DNA of 64,000 nucleotides from Squalus acanthias (lineage: Eukaryota): assembly GCA_030390025.1 (NCBI GenBank), contig CM059432.1, positions 103,046,001 to 103,110,000 of the forward strand, given 5' to 3'. This document shows positions 61,527-64,000 of the stretch, in pieces. A program made the position numbers and the translations under genes. The notes beneath the pieces are model-generated. The model did no database searches. It saw only the letters and a program-made list of their open reading frames with translations, and was not told where the DNA came from. How positions within the stretch are numbered: position 1 is the first letter of the stretch; every line of letters starts with the position of its first letter.

Positions 61527-63338
61527 TCATGGGGCACTATTAGACGGTCCTGCGGCACCTACGGGGCCGGTTGCGACCGCCACCTGTCCACGCGCATTCA
61601 AAACCATCTTGCGCATGACTCCTAACACTGCCTCGAGGTCTTCGGGAGAGGTGGGTGCCTTTGCTTCCTTAGCCGGGACAGGCGCCTGGGTTCGGACCGC
61701 GGGATTTTTATCCTTGGAATCCTTCCAAGGGTTCCTGCAGTGCTTGCGCCAGTGCCCTGTCTTCCCACACCCGTAACAGGCATTACTTGCCTGTGGGGCG
61801 CGATTACCCTCCTGATGCCACTCTCTTTGAGCCGGGGCTGCGGGTCGTACCTCATGTACTCTTCCCTTAAAGGGACGTGTTGCCATACCCCTTATGTTAC
61901 GGTAACCTAACGTGAGTCGATTCAAGACCGACTCTTCCGTAAGGTTGAGGTCATTGGGATCGAACCAGGCTTTTGCCTGCTCTCTAACGGCTGGTAAACT
62001 GTTGGCTATTATGCACCTAAGCCAATGAATTAAAGCGGCGCCTTCCACATCTTCGCGTTCGGGCGCACCTAGACAGCTGCGCTCATATACTGGCCACAGC
62101 CTGTCGGCAAAAACCTTCGGGGGTTCTCCCTCCATCTGCACTGTCTGTCCCACTCTAGCAAACGGACCTCCGTCGTTCGCCCCCACTACTTCTAGGACCT
62201 CATTTTTCAATTCCTCATAACTTTTATTTCCCCTCTTGCTCTCGCCTGAGAGACACTGAAGGACCGAGCTATCTAACGAGAACAGCAGCATTTTTGCTGT
62301 CTCCCCATCATCGCAGCCGTTAATGGCTGCGGCTTGCTCAACTTCCCTGAAATGTACGGAAGGGTCGTCTATCTCGGTCAGCTTCCTTACGTGGTTTATC
62401 ATGGCTCTCAGCTGATGTGAACTGTGAGGCAACACCAGCTGTCCGAGGAGATCCCCCGGTTCTTCCCCACCGTTTCTGCTTGGGCCCCTTTTAATCCCCG
62501 TTACTGGATACAACGATCCCTTTTCTACTTCCTTTTCAACGGGCTCTTTTGTTTCTTCCGTTGCTTCCTCCCTAACCCAGGTTTCTGAATAGCTGGGTGG
62601 CGCGGAGGGCGCACTGGCTACTACTTCTTCCGCTTTACATGGTGGGGAATTTCTAAATCTCTCATTTACTAGCGGCTGGCGTGCCGACGGATTAATAAGG
62701 CACACCATGCCGTTCGCATTATTCACGGCCTTTTTGAGGCTCTCTATCTCTTTTTCGCAGGCGCTATGGTCGGCTCCCTGAAACTTATCCTCAAGGGCCA
62801 ACTTATACGCCGACCTAACCCCCATTAAGCTCTCTTCTTGAGTTCTTATCTGGGCAGCTTGGCGGTTACATCTTTCCTTCATCCTACTCTCGTTTAATTT
62901 TGCTTCAGTGATCTGGCACTCGAGATACTCTACCCTTGTTTTAAGGTAACTGGAGACTTCCTGGCTTTCCTGGCGTAACTCATTTAAACTCTTAATGAGC
63001 GCCTCCCCTCCAGAAACCTTCTCCTCCATTTCCTCCTCTAGATGCTTGATTCGAGCGGTTAGCGCTGTATTGGTCTGGTTTGAAATCTGGACCTGCCTTT
63101 TGTAGCACATAAGCCAGACTGCTTTCTCAACTGCCTTTTTATGCTCCTTACTATCCGTCCACCTTTCAGCTGCCTCTAGTGGGCTCTTATCCGCTAACAT
63201 TTCGCTTATCCACTTTTTCGTTAGATTAACCTTTCCAAATACGTAATCCGCTATCTTTTCCTGCATCACATTTCGTACAGTCATTCCAAAATCTAACACA
63301 CTACCCTCTCGCTGCCAGTGTCCTGCCGCGGTCGCCAT
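61527..63338 (-). CDS. gag: Gag polyprotein (coiled-coil N-terminus, late domains, capsid, one CCHC knuckle)
   Basis: 603-aa ORF with strong Kozak context AAAATGG, PSAPPSY and CYGCGKTGHWRKHC. Confidence 0.94.
   Translation of the reverse strand: MATAAGHWQREGSVLDFGMTVRNVMQEKIADYVFGKVNLTKKWISEMLADKSPLEAAERWTDSKEHKKAVEKAVWLMCYKRQVQISNQTNTALTARIKHLEEEMEEKVSGGEALIKSLNELRQESQEVSSYLKTRVEYLECQITEAKLNESRMKERCNRQAAQIRTQEESLMGVRSAYKLALEDKFQGADHSACEKEIESLKKAVNNANGMVCLINPSARQPLVNERFRNSPPCKAEEVVASAPSAPPSYSETWVREEATEETKEPVEKEVEKGSLYPVTGIKRGPSRNGGEEPGDLLGQLVLPHSSHQLRAMINHVRKLTEIDDPSVHFREVEQAAAINGCDDGETAKMLLFSLDSSVLQCLSGESKRGNKSYEELKNEVLEVVGANDGGPFARVGQTVQMEGEPPKVFADRLWPVYERSCLGAPEREDVEGAALIHWLRCIIANSLPAVREQAKAWFDPNDLNLTEESVLNRLTLGYRNIRGMATRPFKGRVHEVRPAAPAQREWHQEGNRAPQASNACYGCGKTGHWRKHCRNPWKDSKDKNPAVRTQAPVPAKEAKAPTSPEDLEAVLGVMRKMVLNARGQVAVATGPVGAAGPSNSAP
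63320..63337 (-). other. Primer-binding site complementary to tRNA-Arg(TCG) 3' end
   Basis: TGGCGACCGCGGCAGGAC, 5 nt after the 5' LTR; matches the vertebrate tRNA-Arg(TCG) 3' end ..GTCCTGCCGCGGTCG-CCA as I recall it. Confidence 0.85.
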
Positions 63339-63342
63339 TTTC

Positions 63343-64000
63343 TGTAAGGGATACTCTCCTGACCCTGCGTGTCTCGTGGCCTGTGAGGTTCACGCGGCTC
63401 TGTGCAGCCTGTATGTCAGTGCGGGTCTAGGCCTGGTCTCCAGCCAGTCTGGGAACACTAGACACCCCTGTGAGTGGTTCGAATCACTCTCCCTTACGGT
63501 TCTAGACACTGGACTTAGATGCGAGAGCAGTAATGGAGATAAAACTCATGTAGACTTGGTTTGAACGGTACGAAATGGAAAATCTTTATTGCATGATACT
63601 TAAAATTATGAAATACATGTCATATGCACAGATTAATGACAGTACAATCTTACAAACAGTTATAATCACTCTTAGGGAAACGAGGAACGACCAGCACAAC
63701 GTAAATAGGGCACACATTACAAATATCCTTGAACTTTAAACCCTCCCCTATCAATAACTATCCTAAAACTAGCTTCGTAGGATCCCGAGACTCATGCTCA
63801 CCACTCGTAATAACTCGGAGAAAATCCCGAATAGCTGATCGGATGTTTTCCACCGCAGCACCCACGTGTTGGTCAGGAGATCTCCTGGTCCCACTTGTTT
63901 ACTGCTTCTGCTGCTCGGTCAGTCGGCTGGACCGTCCGCTGTAGTGAAGACCTCTGTTGGTTGGATACAGGGTATGGTGGAGCACCGTTGTCAATATCGC
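63343..64000 (-). repeat. 5' LTR (partial: U5 and part of R)
   Basis: No differences seen from 52363-53020. Confidence 0.96.

Larger units (their letters stand above)
52363..64000 (-). mobile_element. Endogenous retrovirus-like provirus (LTR-gag-pol-env-LTR), lokiretrovirus-like; 5' LTR runs off the window
   Basis: Paired LTRs, PBS, PPT, open gag and pol, and env with one frameshift. Confidence 0.96.

Overview
This is repeat-dense vertebrate DNA, inferred to be cartilaginous fish (shark-like) from its CR1 LINEs, Deu-type SINEs and Penelope-type repeats. I could not support any host gene exon. The main feature is a near-intact, very young endogenous retrovirus-like provirus on the minus strand (52363 to beyond 64000). 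It has 1.6-kb TG..CA LTRs that are identical over the 658 bp that can be compared, and a tRNA-Arg primer-binding site that overlaps the gag ATG. Gag carries PSAPPSY late domains and a CCHC knuckle and is joined in frame to pol by a UGA-CUAG readthrough codon. Pol has PR, RT, tether, RNase H, IN and a long tail. Env is not of the orthoretroviral type: it resembles a class I F-like fusogen (lokiretrovirus-like), has an N-terminal immunoglobulin-like domain, and is split by one frameshift. A decayed truncated relative (1-3649) and a solo LTR (29651-31315) of a sister LTR subfamily are also present. The rest is nested transposons: two near-complete two-gene PIF/Harbinger elements with their MITEs and relics, several CR1 LINEs, an L2 fragment, a LINE that appears to begin with a tRNA-derived head shared with a SINE, Penelope-type termini with a minimal hammerhead ribozyme, and two minisatellites. 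Family names come from motif recognition only; no database search was run, and boundaries of degenerate repeats are approximate.
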